From a virus (taxonomy: Duplodnaviria > Caudoviricetes): a DNA stretch of 57,075 nt. Position numbers and translations under genes: made by a program. Position 1 is the first letter of the stretch. The number at the start of each line of letters is the position of its first letter. The DNA lies in IMG/VR virus record IMGVR_UViG_3300030382_001515, positions 1 to 57,075 of that record; one strand, 5' to 3'. The notes beneath the pieces are model-generated. The model was not told the origin of the DNA. It was given only the letters and a program-made list of their open reading frames with translations, and made no database searches. Positions 19,435 to 28,953 of the stretch are shown here, in pieces.

Positions 19435-22400
19435 ATGGCTTATTCAACTCGAACCTATACACCTAGCGGTTCAACAACAACGTTTGCTCTTACTACCTCT
19501 GGTGGTAGTCCTATTGGATATATTCAAGAGTCAGATATTAAAGTAACAGTTAACGGAACTGTATACACCAACGCAGCTAGTGGTACAAGTACTTATCAAA
19601 TATCAGGTAGTAGTACTGTTGAACAGCCTAACGGCGGTAACGTAGTCTTAAACGCTGGTGTAACTGGAACAGTAATCTTAGAAAGGACAACAGCAATACA
19701 AAGTGCAACAGTTACTTATACAGCAGGTTCTACCCTTACAGCTAGTGATCTTAACAACGCAGATAACCAGATTAGATTTGGACTACAAGAGTTCTCAGAT
19801 GACTACGCAGCTTTATTAGGTACAGGAAATCTAACAACTTTAGGTTCGTTCCTTGGTGGTTCAGATACTTGGGTTAGTAACGATGCCAAAGCTGCCACTA
19901 CAGCGGCTATTGACGGTCAAATAGATACTAAAGCAACAGCGAAAGTAAAAGACGACATAATTGCTACAGCTCCAGTATCCATAGCAGATGACAGCCCTAG
20001 TGCTGGGAAGATCACTATTTCTGTTGATGCTGAGCTAACAGAACTGGCAACAATGCCAATAGCTACAGCTCAATCTTTAGCTGATCTAACCAGTACAGAA
20101 GTACAAATATTAGACGGGGCTACATTATCTACTGCTGAACTTAACTATGTAGATGGAGTTACCTCTGCAGTTCAAACCCAGATAGATGGTAAACAACCTT
20201 TAGATGGAGAACTTACAGAGCTAGCCACAATGGCTAGTGGTACTGCAAGTGCTCTTGCTGATCTCACTCAAGCAGAAGTAGAGATACTTGATGGAGCAAC
20301 TCTTACTACTACAGAACTGAATTATGTAGATGGTGTCACTTCTAATGTCCAGACTCAGCTAGACGCAAAGCAGACTTTAGATGCTGAGTTAACTGAGTTG
20401 GCTACTATGTCAACTGGTACTTCTGAAGCATTAGCTGATTTAACTCAAACTGAAGTTCAAATACTAGATGACGCTACTGTTACTACCGCAGAACTTAATG
20501 TTCTAGATGGAATACCAGGAACTTTAACAGCTACAGAGCTTGGATATGTAGACGGTGTAACTTCATCAATTCAAACACAGCTAGGAGCTAAACAACCTCT
20601 TGATGCAGACCTAACCACTCTTGCTGGAATGCAGGGTGCTACTGCTTCAATCCTTGCAGGTGGTACAGCTCTTACTTCAACCCTAACTGAGCTTAACCAG
20701 ATTGATGGTAAGACTATTGGAGAGACTTCTCTTACTACTAACAGCAACACAGCGATACCAACTTCTAAAGCAGTAGCTGATCACGTATCTGGATCTGTAA
20801 CAGCACTTGGTGGTTTCGTAGCTATAGCAACTGAAGCAGCTTTCCCAGCTACAGCTTCAATGCCAGCCTCTGGTGTAGTAGTCAGTATTAGTGATGCTGG
20901 AGGAGTGGTCGTTAATGGTTCAGGTGCATCAACCACTGGTAGGACTACTGATGGTTCACCTGCAACTGTAACTATTAACAGCTTCCCTAGTTCTCTATAC
21001 AGTGAGACACTAGCTGCTGGAGTAGGTCTACAAGTACTCTCTACAGGATCAAGTAATACTTATACTTACCATAAAGTACTAGCTGCTGAAACTGATGTTA
21101 AACAGTTATCAGATGATATAAACGACTTCAACGCTAGATACCGTACAGATACTAGCGACCCAGGAAGTAATAACGACGAAGGTGACCTCTTCTTTAACAA
21201 GACCTCTAACACCATGAAGGTGTATGACGGTTCAGCTTGGGGAGAGGTTACATCAACTGGAGACTTTAAGTTCCTATTCCTATGTCCTACAGGTGGTTCA
21301 GGTGCTCCAACTATTGATGGTTCTATTGATACCTATGACTTAAGAGAAACAACTAACTCAGGTACAGGAGCTAGTGTTACCAATGCTGCTCAACTTGTTG
21401 TATCGGTAAACGGAGTTATCCAACAACCAAATGCAGGTACATCCACTTCAGGCTTAGATGGCTTTGTAATGACTGATGCGAACACTATTAAGTTCGCTGC
21501 AAACTTACAAACTGGTGATGATGTATTTGTTATACAGATAGGTTCAGCCGTAACCCTTAACGCTCCAGCTAATAACACAGTATCTACTGATGTCCTTCAG
21601 AACTTAGCAGTTACAAATGGCAAGATAGCTGATGACACTATTGCAGAAGTTAAGTTAGATATTAGTAACGCACCTGCTGATGGTAAATACCTACAATATA
21701 AAGACTCTTCAGACAAACTAACCTGGTCAACAGTCTCTACAACACCCACCACAACTCGTGGTGATATTATCTACAGAGCTGCTAGTGCTGACGCAAGGTT
21801 AGCTAAGGGTACATCCGGTCAATATCTTAAGATAGGAGCCAACGACCCTGAATGGGCTGATGTTGTAGCAGATTTAGTAAACGATACTTCACCACAACTT
21901 GGTGGTGATCTGGATACTAATTCATTTGAAATTAGTTTAGACGATTCTCATAAAGTAAAATTTGGAGATAGCTCTGACCTAGGGATCTACCATGATGGAA
22001 CAGATTCAATAATTAGTAATTTATCAGGTGAAACACGTATACAATGTGCCAACATATTTAAAGTTACTAACTATGGGAATAGTGAAACATATATAAAAGG
22101 TGGGCTTAATGCTCAAGTAGAACTCTATTACGACAACAGTAAGAAGTTTGAGACTACTTCAAATGGAGTAAAAGTAACTGGAACATTAGAAGGACAAACA
22201 GATTCCGCAACTTCAACACATACACTACCTGTTACTGTTAACTCTTGGGGATGGAGGTTCTATCAAAACTCCTCATCTTCTCCTTATGGGCTAGAGATTA
22301 AATACTCTGGTATGACTAGAGATGATAGTGTCGGTGAATTTCTTAATTGCTTAGATACTACTGCAGTTAGATTTAAAGTATCTTCTGATGGAGATGTATG

Positions 22401-22752
22401 GAACCATGATGATTCTTATAGTGGTTCTGACCAAACTTTAAAAGAAAATATTGTCGATGCTAGTTCTAAATTAGAAGATGTAAAGAAGTTAAAAGTTCGT
22501 AATTTTAACTGGAAAGCTGATAAGTTTCCTGAGAAATCTAAGAAAAAAATGCTTGGATTTATAGCTCAAGAAGTTGAAGAAGTATTCCCTAGTCTAATAA
22601 AAGAATATAATATAACAGGAGATAACGATAATCCTGTTATGAAGAAAGCTATTAAGCAAGCTTGGGCACCTATTCTAGTAAAAGCTTTACAAGAAGCCGT
22701 AGCTAAAATTGAGGTACTTGAAACTAAAGTAGCAGCACTGGAGGCAGTCTAA
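19435..22752 (+). CDS. Tail fibre with T7 gp17-like N-terminal anchor and C-terminal S74 intramolecular chaperone
   Basis: N-terminal YIQESDIKVTVNG...ERTT...LTASDLN; C-terminal SDQTLKENI...LKVRNFNWK...GFIAQEVE and coiled-coil end. Confidence 0.9.
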   Translation: MAYSTRTYTPSGSTTTFALTTSGGSPIGYIQESDIKVTVNGTVYTNAASGTSTYQISGSSTVEQPNGGNVVLNAGVTGTVILERTTAIQSATVTYTAGSTLTASDLNNADNQIRFGLQEFSDDYAALLGTGNLTTLGSFLGGSDTWVSNDAKAATTAAIDGQIDTKATAKVKDDIIATAPVSIADDSPSAGKITISVDAELTELATMPIATAQSLADLTSTEVQILDGATLSTAELNYVDGVTSAVQTQIDGKQPLDGELTELATMASGTASALADLTQAEVEILDGATLTTTELNYVDGVTSNVQTQLDAKQTLDAELTELATMSTGTSEALADLTQTEVQILDDATVTTAELNVLDGIPGTLTATELGYVDGVTSSIQTQLGAKQPLDADLTTLAGMQGATASILAGGTALTSTLTELNQIDGKTIGETSLTTNSNTAIPTSKAVADHVSGSVTALGGFVAIATEAAFPATASMPASGVVVSISDAGGVVVNGSGASTTGRTTDGSPATVTINSFPSSLYSETLAAGVGLQVLSTGSSNTYTYHKVLAAETDVKQLSDDINDFNARYRTDTSDPGSNNDEGDLFFNKTSNTMKVYDGSAWGEVTSTGDFKFLFLCPTGGSGAPTIDGSIDTYDLRETTNSGTGASVTNAAQLVVSVNGVIQQPNAGTSTSGLDGFVMTDANTIKFAANLQTGDDVFVIQIGSAVTLNAPANNTVSTDVLQNLAVTNGKIADDTIAEVKLDISNAPADGKYLQYKDSSDKLTWSTVSTTPTTTRGDIIYRAASADARLAKGTSGQYLKIGANDPEWADVVADLVNDTSPQLGGDLDTNSFEISLDDSHKVKFGDSSDLGIYHDGTDSIISNLSGETRIQCANIFKVTNYGNSETYIKGGLNAQVELYYDNSKKFETTSNGVKVTGTLEGQTDSATSTHTLPVTVNSWGWRFYQNSSSSPYGLEIKYSGMTRDDSVGEFLNCLDTTAVRFKVSSDGDVWNHDDSYSGSDQTLKENIVDASSKLEDVKKLKVRNFNWKADKFPEKSKKKMLGFIAQEVEEVFPSLIKEYNITGDNDNPVMKKAIKQAWAPILVKALQEAVAKIEVLETKVAALEAV
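20026..20630 (+). repeat. Intragenic tandem repeats in tail fibre (59-aa unit)
   Basis: D[AG]ELTELATM...LADLT..EV.ILD units start at 20026, 20203, 20380 (177-nt period); degenerate fourth unit at 20602. Confidence 0.85.
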
Positions 22753-23991
22753 ATGGCATTAACACAAATAAAAGCTGATGGCTTAACAGCTGATCTCATT
22801 GATGAAACCAAACTTGCCGATAACTCTATAGACTCTGAACATTATAATGATGGGTCTATAGATAATGCCCACTTAGCAGCCAACTCTGTAGACAGCGATA
22901 ATTATGTTGATGGGTCTATAGATAATGCTCATCTTGCAGATAATGCTGTAGATACTGATGAAATTGCAGATGATGCAGTTACTCTTGCTAAGATGGATGC
23001 TCTTGCTAGAGGTAAACTTATAGTAGGAGACTCCTCTGGTAATCCTTCAGCTTTAGCAGCTGGTAGTGATAACTATGTTCTTACTATGGATGCCAATGGT
23101 GATGCCGGTTGGGAAGCTGCAGCTGGAGGTGGAGCAACAATTAATAATGCAACAGCAAACGAATTAGTTACAGTTGCATCCACTACTACTCAATTAGATG
23201 CAGAAGCTAATCTTACTTTTGATGGTACTTCTCTCGTCTTAACTGGCGATCAGATGATTAAAGCTAACGATGCTGCTGCGAAACTTAAATTCAAAAGTGG
23301 TAACGTAGCTAGTGATGATGAAGAACTTGGAAGTGTAACTTGGCAAAGTTCAGCAGATAATGTAAATGCATCTATTGCAGCTCATAGAGCAACTTGGGCT
23401 AATGATGGTTATTTAGTTTTTAAAACTGCATCTAGTGGTACTTTAAGTGAACAACTACGTATAGACAGGTTTGGTAATTTAGATGTAGCTAGAGGTAATA
23501 TAGAAATTAAAACAGCTGGTAAAGGCATTGATTTTAGTGCTACTAGTAATAGTGCTGGCACTATGTCTTCAGAGCTCTTAGATGACTATGAAGAAGGTAC
23601 CTTCACAGGTACTTGGACTGCTTATACAAGTGGTTGTAGTACTACACAAACATCTACTAATCACTATACAAAAATTGGTAGACAAGTTACTTGTTGGATT
23701 AATGCTTCCAATATGTCTCTTGTTGGAGGTAGTGGACCAGTAAAAATGGAGGGATTACCATTCGCTACTTCTTCTAGTTTAGGAGGAGGAGCAACTGGTA
23801 CTGCACCATTAACATATAAAGTCGGTTTCGATACCGATATGCATTACACATTTTATACTTGGCAAAGTGTAAGTTTCTTCCTTGGATATCGCTCTAGGAA
23901 TGGTACAACTTGGCAAGCTTGGGATATTACTGAATGGGATACTGCTGGTGCTTATTGCCAAATGACTTTCACATATTTTACAGACTCTTAA
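22753..23991 (+). CDS. Second tail fibre / receptor-binding protein
   Basis: N-terminal DGSIDNAHLA repeats; GKGIDFSAT...SELLDDYEEGTF and YTKIGRQV..W fibre motifs. Confidence 0.8.
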   Translation: MALTQIKADGLTADLIDETKLADNSIDSEHYNDGSIDNAHLAANSVDSDNYVDGSIDNAHLADNAVDTDEIADDAVTLAKMDALARGKLIVGDSSGNPSALAAGSDNYVLTMDANGDAGWEAAAGGGATINNATANELVTVASTTTQLDAEANLTFDGTSLVLTGDQMIKANDAAAKLKFKSGNVASDDEELGSVTWQSSADNVNASIAAHRATWANDGYLVFKTASSGTLSEQLRIDRFGNLDVARGNIEIKTAGKGIDFSATSNSAGTMSSELLDDYEEGTFTGTWTAYTSGCSTTQTSTNHYTKIGRQVTCWINASNMSLVGGSGPVKMEGLPFATSSSLGGGATGTAPLTYKVGFDTDMHYTFYTWQSVSFFLGYRSRNGTTWQAWDITEWDTAGAYCQMTFTYFTDS

Positions 23992-24052
23992 AGACCGCAA
24001 TTCAGTCTATAAACTAAGTACCTAAACCTGTTTAATTCGGAGAATTATCCTA

Positions 24053-24337
24053 ATGGCCCTAACAAAAACAACAATTGAAGATAAAATAGAAGTAGTCGGT
24101 GACTACAAGCATATTCAAATTAGAACCGCGACGGTTATTAAAGAAGATGGAGTAGAACTAAGCCGCTCGTTTCATCGAAAGACATTAGACCTAGGAGTTC
24201 TTGATGCCTCTGACAACTTGGTAGATAGAGACATAAGTTCTGAATCTACAGAAGTAAAAGGAATAGCAGCTACTGTTTGGACTCAATCAGTAAAAGATGC
24301 TTGGAAGGCACATTTAATTGCAAATAAACCATCATGA
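24053..24337 (+). CDS. Conserved marine-phage hypothetical protein (fibre-associated)
   Basis: 94 aa, DKIEVVG...QIRTATVIKEDGVELSRSFHR; GGAG RBS upstream. Confidence 0.8.
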   Translation: MALTKTTIEDKIEVVGDYKHIQIRTATVIKEDGVELSRSFHRKTLDLGVLDASDNLVDRDISSESTEVKGIAATVWTQSVKDAWKAHLIANKPS

Positions 24338-24549
24338 GAAAAATCATTGATGGAATTGCAATTGCTTCAGGCGTTGGAGTCATAGCAATTCTTGGTGGCG
24401 GGGCGTATGGCTTCTTCTGGTTCCAAGGGAACAAGGATGCCTTGATGGATAAAGCAATTGAACAAGTCACAAAATCCATAAAACTACCTGCACTGTCTAG
24501 TCCAGCACTACCTACCAGCAAACCAAAATCAGGAAAATTACCACTTTAA
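24334..24549 (+). CDS. Small membrane-anchored hypothetical protein
   Basis: ATGA coupling; one hydrophobic segment, Pro-rich tail. Confidence 0.7.
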   Translation: MRKIIDGIAIASGVGVIAILGGGAYGFFWFQGNKDALMDKAIEQVTKSIKLPALSSPALPTSKPKSGKLPL

Positions 24550-24555
24550 AACTAA

Positions 24556-25260
24556 GTGGATAAAATTCCAAAGATAAATGCACCTGTTATTGAACAGTGG
24601 AAGGTAGAACCTCCACAAGTTTTAAACATACCAGTACACGTAACAGTACCTTTAGGCTTTCCAATAATTGATATGCCTGGGTGTGTAGTTAGTAGAAAAA
24701 GCAATAGGGAAAATAGCGCATTAATTAATAACGATCCCGATGGTAATGTTGTTTTATGTCAAGCGGAGTATCCAAGTTATGACGCAATGGACTACACCCC
24801 AGAGGAACTTTTATACACACAAGAGGCTGAGCCACAAAGATATCCACAACCGCCAATCCCAGCCGCAGAGCCACCGCCCCCCAAGGAATTTGAGGATTGT
24901 CCGCCTGCAGGAGCGGCTGAAGTCGGAGCTAAAATTGAAGATGGACGGAAAGAGATAACTGGATATCAACTAATAGGCAATCGCTGTGTTACGCAATATA
25001 AGAAACTAACAGTACAGCAGCAAGTTATTAATGCCATACCTACTGCTCCTCAAGTTGTTAGCACTACTGGGATAACACTCATAGCAACGAGTGCTGCATT
25101 AGCTACGCCGCTACTTCTCAAGGTCGTCAAACCGATAGTCAAACAGATAATTAATAAGATTAAAAAGAAACTTGGTAAGCCTGTTAGAGCATTAACTCCT
25201 TCAGAAAAGAGAGCTAATTCTTATCGCGAGAAGAAGGGTTTACCACCTCTAAAGGTTTAA
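24556..25260 (+). CDS. Hypothetical Pro-rich protein with Cys pairs and C-terminal hydrophobic helix
   Basis: 234-aa ORF, GTG start, in operon with upstream genes. Confidence 0.7.
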   Translation: MDKIPKINAPVIEQWKVEPPQVLNIPVHVTVPLGFPIIDMPGCVVSRKSNRENSALINNDPDGNVVLCQAEYPSYDAMDYTPEELLYTQEAEPQRYPQPPIPAAEPPPPKEFEDCPPAGAAEVGAKIEDGRKEITGYQLIGNRCVTQYKKLTVQQQVINAIPTAPQVVSTTGITLIATSAALATPLLLKVVKPIVKQIINKIKKKLGKPVRALTPSEKRANSYREKKGLPPLKV

Positions 25261-26005
25261 GTGTATGCCTATGCGGTAAAACCTGCCCTGGCTTTGCTCT
25301 TACAATTACATCCTTACATATATCTATATAAGGACTATTAGGAGCAAACTCTATACCACGTAGTTTTAAATCCCCACAATTTTTCAAACGAGTTAGCTCA
25401 AAATCTAAACGCTTAAAGTTATTGACTTCTTCCATTAATTTCAACTGTCTATCTACAGCAGCCTTACATCTACTCTGCATCCCACCATCTAACGGAATTG
25501 AGAAGTTAGCGGATACTCCTAAGTTCAAGGCAAAGTTATCTTTCTGCCCTGTACGTGTAGCAACATGGTGGCTCAAAGATCCATCGTCGTTATACGAAGG
25601 TGCATCATACCAATACTCCCTTGGTGTACTATAACTATGGCTATCTGTGACGAAGGGAGATATAGTTAGCATCGGTCCTTGACATATAATATTCCCTCCA
25701 TAATGGTTGGTAACACTGTTACCTGGAAGGTTCTGAATTCCCATATTGGTTACCGAACCAGAGGAATTTGCGACGGGCGCTGCTGTGGAAGAGGTCTGAG
25801 AATACGCAGGTAAAGTTATAAATAGTGACGCAATTACTGGGAGAAAACTGACGTTGTTTCTGTGACGCTTTCTATGTTCGTGGTCCTTTGGATGTTCGTT
25901 ACATTCTGAAGTGAAGGTCCACGGTAAGTTTCTACGAATTGGAAGCTTGCACCAGGATTGGTGATCGTGACGTTTCCTCTTGAGTTGATGTCTAATCCAG
26001 TCCAT
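25214..26005 (-). CDS. Putative exported protein (start uncertain)
   Basis: Signal-peptide-like FLPVIASLFITLPAYS about 50 aa after the only in-frame ATG; beta-rich middle; four Cys in mature part. Confidence 0.7.
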   Translation of the reverse strand: MDWIRHQLKRKRHDHQSWCKLPIRRNLPWTFTSECNEHPKDHEHRKRHRNNVSFLPVIASLFITLPAYSQTSSTAAPVANSSGSVTNMGIQNLPGNSVTNHYGGNIICQGPMLTISPFVTDSHSYSTPREYWYDAPSYNDDGSLSHHVATRTGQKDNFALNLGVSANFSIPLDGGMQSRCKAAVDRQLKLMEEVNNFKRLDFELTRLKNCGDLKLRGIEFAPNSPYIDICKDVIVRAKPGQVLPHRHTLKPLEVVNPSSRDKN

Positions 26006-26259
26006 GTTTGAGTTTGTCCTCCAACAGTTCCTGTAGTTGTTGTTGGATCAGGTGCAATGGAGTTACCATCAACAGAGATATTAGAGCCATTCAGGGAATA
26101 CTGGTAGCCCGAATAATCGTGGGACACAATCGATTCTGTTACTACAGAGGTAGTTCTTGTAGTGGATTGCATAGTGCCTGCGGAAAAATTGGGCACTACG
26201 GGGACTCCATAAGCAGGGGAACCTATAAACAGTAAAAGCGGCCAAAGCCTCTTCATCAC
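25834..26259 (-). CDS. Putative secreted Thr/Ser-rich protein
   Basis: Signal peptide MMKRLWPLLLFIGSPAYG; ATGA coupling with upstream gene. Confidence 0.75.
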   Translation of the reverse strand: MMKRLWPLLLFIGSPAYGVPVVPNFSAGTMQSTTRTTSVVTESIVSHDYSGYQYSLNGSNISVDGNSIAPDPTTTTGTVGGQTQTWTGLDINSRGNVTITNPGASFQFVETYRGPSLQNVTNIQRTTNIESVTETTSVFSQ

Positions 26260-26744
26260 TTAATAGTTATAGCGCTTTCAATACTTGATATTGCCGAAGT
26301 CCCAGCACCTCCAGCCGTAATGCTATTCACTGAGGCTGAAGTTACTGATCCAGCTAAACTTCCAGCAACTCCTAAAGCAGTAGAAGTCACATTAGAAAAA
26401 TTCCCTACAGCTCCTACCGCTGGGGCAGAAGTGGGAACCGCATCAGCTTGAATAAATGAAGCCGAGTACGAAAAACTCTCTCCAGAAGTTGCATTCTGAG
26501 TCGCTGCAATGGTTCCTGGGGAATACACTCCACTGCTAATAGTTCCTGCAGAGATAGTCCCAGCAGTCGTACCGTCAGTTACATCGACCCCTGTGCCAGC
26601 CGCACTGAAGGTTGACCCGATTCTTTGGGCCTGTGTTGCTGCGGCGTTAACATTTAACTGAACACTAGAAGTTATAGCGTGGTGTATGTCAGCCTTAACT
26701 GGTGATGCTGCTAATAACAACACTAATAGTAAGTACTTTTTCAT
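26256..26744 (-). CDS. Putative secreted Ala/Ser/Thr/Gly-rich protein
   Basis: Signal peptide MKKYLLLVLLLAASPVKA; ATGA coupling with upstream gene. Confidence 0.78.
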   Translation of the reverse strand: MKKYLLLVLLLAASPVKADIHHAITSSVQLNVNAAATQAQRIGSTFSAAGTGVDVTDGTTAGTISAGTISSGVYSPGTIAATQNATSGESFSYSASFIQADAVPTSAPAVGAVGNFSNVTSTALGVAGSLAGSVTSASVNSITAGGAGTSAISSIESAITIK

Positions 26745-27082
26745 ACTTTCGTAACCTTTTTAGAGTCAACTCCTTCGATCTTAATAGGAGTTTCTATGAT
26801 TATAGTTTGTGTAGCCCCATTAGTTTTGTCTTTATGTTCTTTCTTCTTGGCTGTATCAATCCCAAAGGTAGCTAAAGCTGAAGTAAAAACGAAAGTTATG
26901 AAAGTTATATCATTGTTCTGCTTATTATCTACACCTGGCAAGGGAACATAATTTAAGCTTATGATAAACCCAGACCACACAACGACTCCAAGACGCACGA
27001 AAGTACCAAGGACTTGAAGTTGCTCCTCCTTATCAGCAACTCCATCCTTAAGTTTACCTATTAAGCTCTTTTCTTCTGCCAT
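26741..27082 (-). CDS. Two-transmembrane-helix hypothetical protein
   Basis: Hydrophobic segments VLGTFVRLGVVVWSGFIISL and ITFITFVFTSALATFGI; first gene of the minus operon. Confidence 0.75.
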   Translation of the reverse strand: MAEEKSLIGKLKDGVADKEEQLQVLGTFVRLGVVVWSGFIISLNYVPLPGVDNKQNNDITFITFVFTSALATFGIDTAKKKEHKDKTNGATQTIIIETPIKIEGVDSKKVTKV

Positions 27083-27209
27083 GCCTTTTAAATCTGAAAA
27101 ACAGAAAAAATATCTCTATGCTAATAAGCCTAGCGTAGCTAAGAAGTTTCAAAAAGATTCTAAATCTAAAAAAGGTGCCAAAATGAATACAGGGTATAAA
27201 TACAAGTAA
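27081..27209 (+). CDS. Small basic protein, 42 aa (MPFKSEKQKKYLYANKPSVAKKF...), absent from ORF track
   Basis: Open frame ending 1 nt before the next ATG; N-terminus resembles small phage proteins recalled from memory. Confidence 0.65.
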   Translation: MPFKSEKQKKYLYANKPSVAKKFQKDSKSKKGAKMNTGYKYK

Positions 27210-27210
27210 A

Positions 27211-28203
27211 ATGGCTGAACTTGGATACGAATTAAAAACAAACCGTAGAGGCCGTAAGGTTAAGGTCACTACAGGTAAAACAAAAGTAAAAACCCCTACA
27301 AAGCTTACTGGTGGTACTGAAAAAGGAAACATAGTAGGAGGTTGGAATAGAACTGGTAGAAGAGTTAGACAAGGAGCTTCTCAAGCTACTGAGAGAGGAA
27401 AAATAACTTCAAATCAGCAATTAGGACCTAATCCACGGCAAAACGTTACTCGTTATAAGTCAGGACAAATAGTTAAAAGCCCTTCAGGAGCTTTAACAAT
27501 TACTCCTCCTAGTAAAGGTGGAGCTTTAACTATTCAATATGAACCATATAAACCAGGACCAAGATCAGTAAAACCTGATCCGTTTAAACGCTCAGGAACA
27601 GTCTTAAGTGAAGGTAGGCAGAAATTTAGAACACATTCTTCAGACATGATGGAGAAAATTCAAAATTGGGAAAGAAGTGGAGCTACAGACGGAAAGGCTT
27701 CTACACCTGGACCTCAAACTTCTAGAAGAGGCTTCTCAGGACCTCAATCAGGACTAAGAGGTGACGTCTCAACAGCAAACGAATGGGTAGGTAGAACTGA
27801 TGGTGGAGATGCTAAACCGTTTAGACAAACAGGAGGAGAATATAGAAAAATACCTACAGATTCCGGTGGTCCCAATAAGAGCTCACCACTCTTTGATCCA
27901 GCTACTAGAAAAGCTGTTGGAAACAAAGTAGGTGCTGCTATGCGGTTCCTAAGAGTGTTAGGCCCTCAGATTCAAAACTTTGCTCTCTCTGGAAAACTAG
28001 ATGCTTATGCACTAACAGCAGGAAGCATTATTAACGATGTTTGGAATAACCCTGTAGGACCTGTAGATGAATACGGTAACCCTATTGATGAAAGACTTCT
28101 TATGGAAGCTTCACAAAGTAGCGATCCTGCACAAGCTCATGAAGAACTAATGTCTGGACAGTGGAGTGAACAGAAAAAAGAACATATACTAAAGAATAGA
28201 TAA
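27211..28203 (+). CDS. Hypothetical basic, low-complexity protein
   Basis: 330-aa ORF rich in G/K/R/S/T/P. Confidence 0.65.
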   Translation: MAELGYELKTNRRGRKVKVTTGKTKVKTPTKLTGGTEKGNIVGGWNRTGRRVRQGASQATERGKITSNQQLGPNPRQNVTRYKSGQIVKSPSGALTITPPSKGGALTIQYEPYKPGPRSVKPDPFKRSGTVLSEGRQKFRTHSSDMMEKIQNWERSGATDGKASTPGPQTSRRGFSGPQSGLRGDVSTANEWVGRTDGGDAKPFRQTGGEYRKIPTDSGGPNKSSPLFDPATRKAVGNKVGAAMRFLRVLGPQIQNFALSGKLDAYALTAGSIINDVWNNPVGPVDEYGNPIDERLLMEASQSSDPAQAHEELMSGQWSEQKKEHILKNR

Positions 28204-28218
28204 TTATCAGAACTAAAA

Positions 28219-28407
28219 ATGTCTGAAATGGATTACGCCGCCCGCGAGGGTGCTAAAGAGAGAGAACGTTTAAGACAGGTTCCCTGGGAGAACTACAAAA
28301 AAAGTAAAGAATGGGCTGATACGAAGAAAAAGATCTTACAAAAAGAGCGAGAAGATAGAGGCTCTACACCAGTAAGAACTAAAACACCTAGCGTCACTAA
28401 AGATTGA
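28219..28407 (+). CDS. Hypothetical charged protein
   Basis: 62-aa ORF in operon context. Confidence 0.55.
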   Translation: MSEMDYAAREGAKERERLRQVPWENYKKSKEWADTKKKILQKEREDRGSTPVRTKTPSVTKD

Positions 28408-28745
28408 AATTCTCCCTACGTGATGTAGCTACCTACTACTCTGGTCAGCTTCATCAGAAGGAGGCTCTCGATATGATTCAGATGTACATTCCTGAGTCGA
28501 TCGAGGAGCGCTTCGCTGAGATATGGTGTAGTGGACCGAAGAATGTAATTCCGACTCACGTTTCTTGGCACGAGAAACTAAAGCTTCTTCTTGAAGCCGA
28601 AGCTCAGCTTCCCGAACGGATGGACATTGAGAGTGTGTATCTTCTATTTGCGGAACTCCTAATTCAACAGAGTAGTAATGCTGATCCTGAGTACGCTTCT
28701 AAACTTTTAGACCTAATAGCACTTAAACGAGCAAAAAAGGAGTAA
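28404..28745 (+). CDS. Hypothetical protein
   Basis: 113 aa, TTG start overlapping upstream stop (TTGA). Confidence 0.6.
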   Translation: MKFSLRDVATYYSGQLHQKEALDMIQMYIPESIEERFAEIWCSGPKNVIPTHVSWHEKLKLLLEAEAQLPERMDIESVYLLFAELLIQQSSNADPEYASKLLDLIALKRAKKE

Positions 28746-28770
28746 CCTAGCTACAGCTTAAATTTTTCTA

Positions 28771-28953
28771 ATGGTTCTCCTAGTTAAGCCTATTCTTTTC
28801 GCGTTTCTAAAATCTGACAGCGTTAAACAGCTGATCGTGGATATGCTTACAAAGCTTGTCGAATCCACTGACAATACTATAGACGATACAGCTGTAGAGT
28901 TAATAAAAAGAAACCTGTTCCCAAACAAAAAGGTGACCGTGAACAATGGCTAG
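28771..28953 (+). CDS. Small conserved cyanophage-type protein (possible holin position)
   Basis: KPILFAFL...K.LIVD.L....STDNTIDD.AV; immediately before terS, where T7 has its holin. Confidence 0.65.
   Translation: MVLLVKPILFAFLKSDSVKQLIVDMLTKLVESTDNTIDDTAVELIKRNLFPNKKVTVNNG

Noticed and set aside
23992-24052. Possible conserved RNA element upstream of the 94-aa fibre-associated gene
   Set aside because: Looks familiar from other marine phages, but no convincing structure or second copy in this window supports it.
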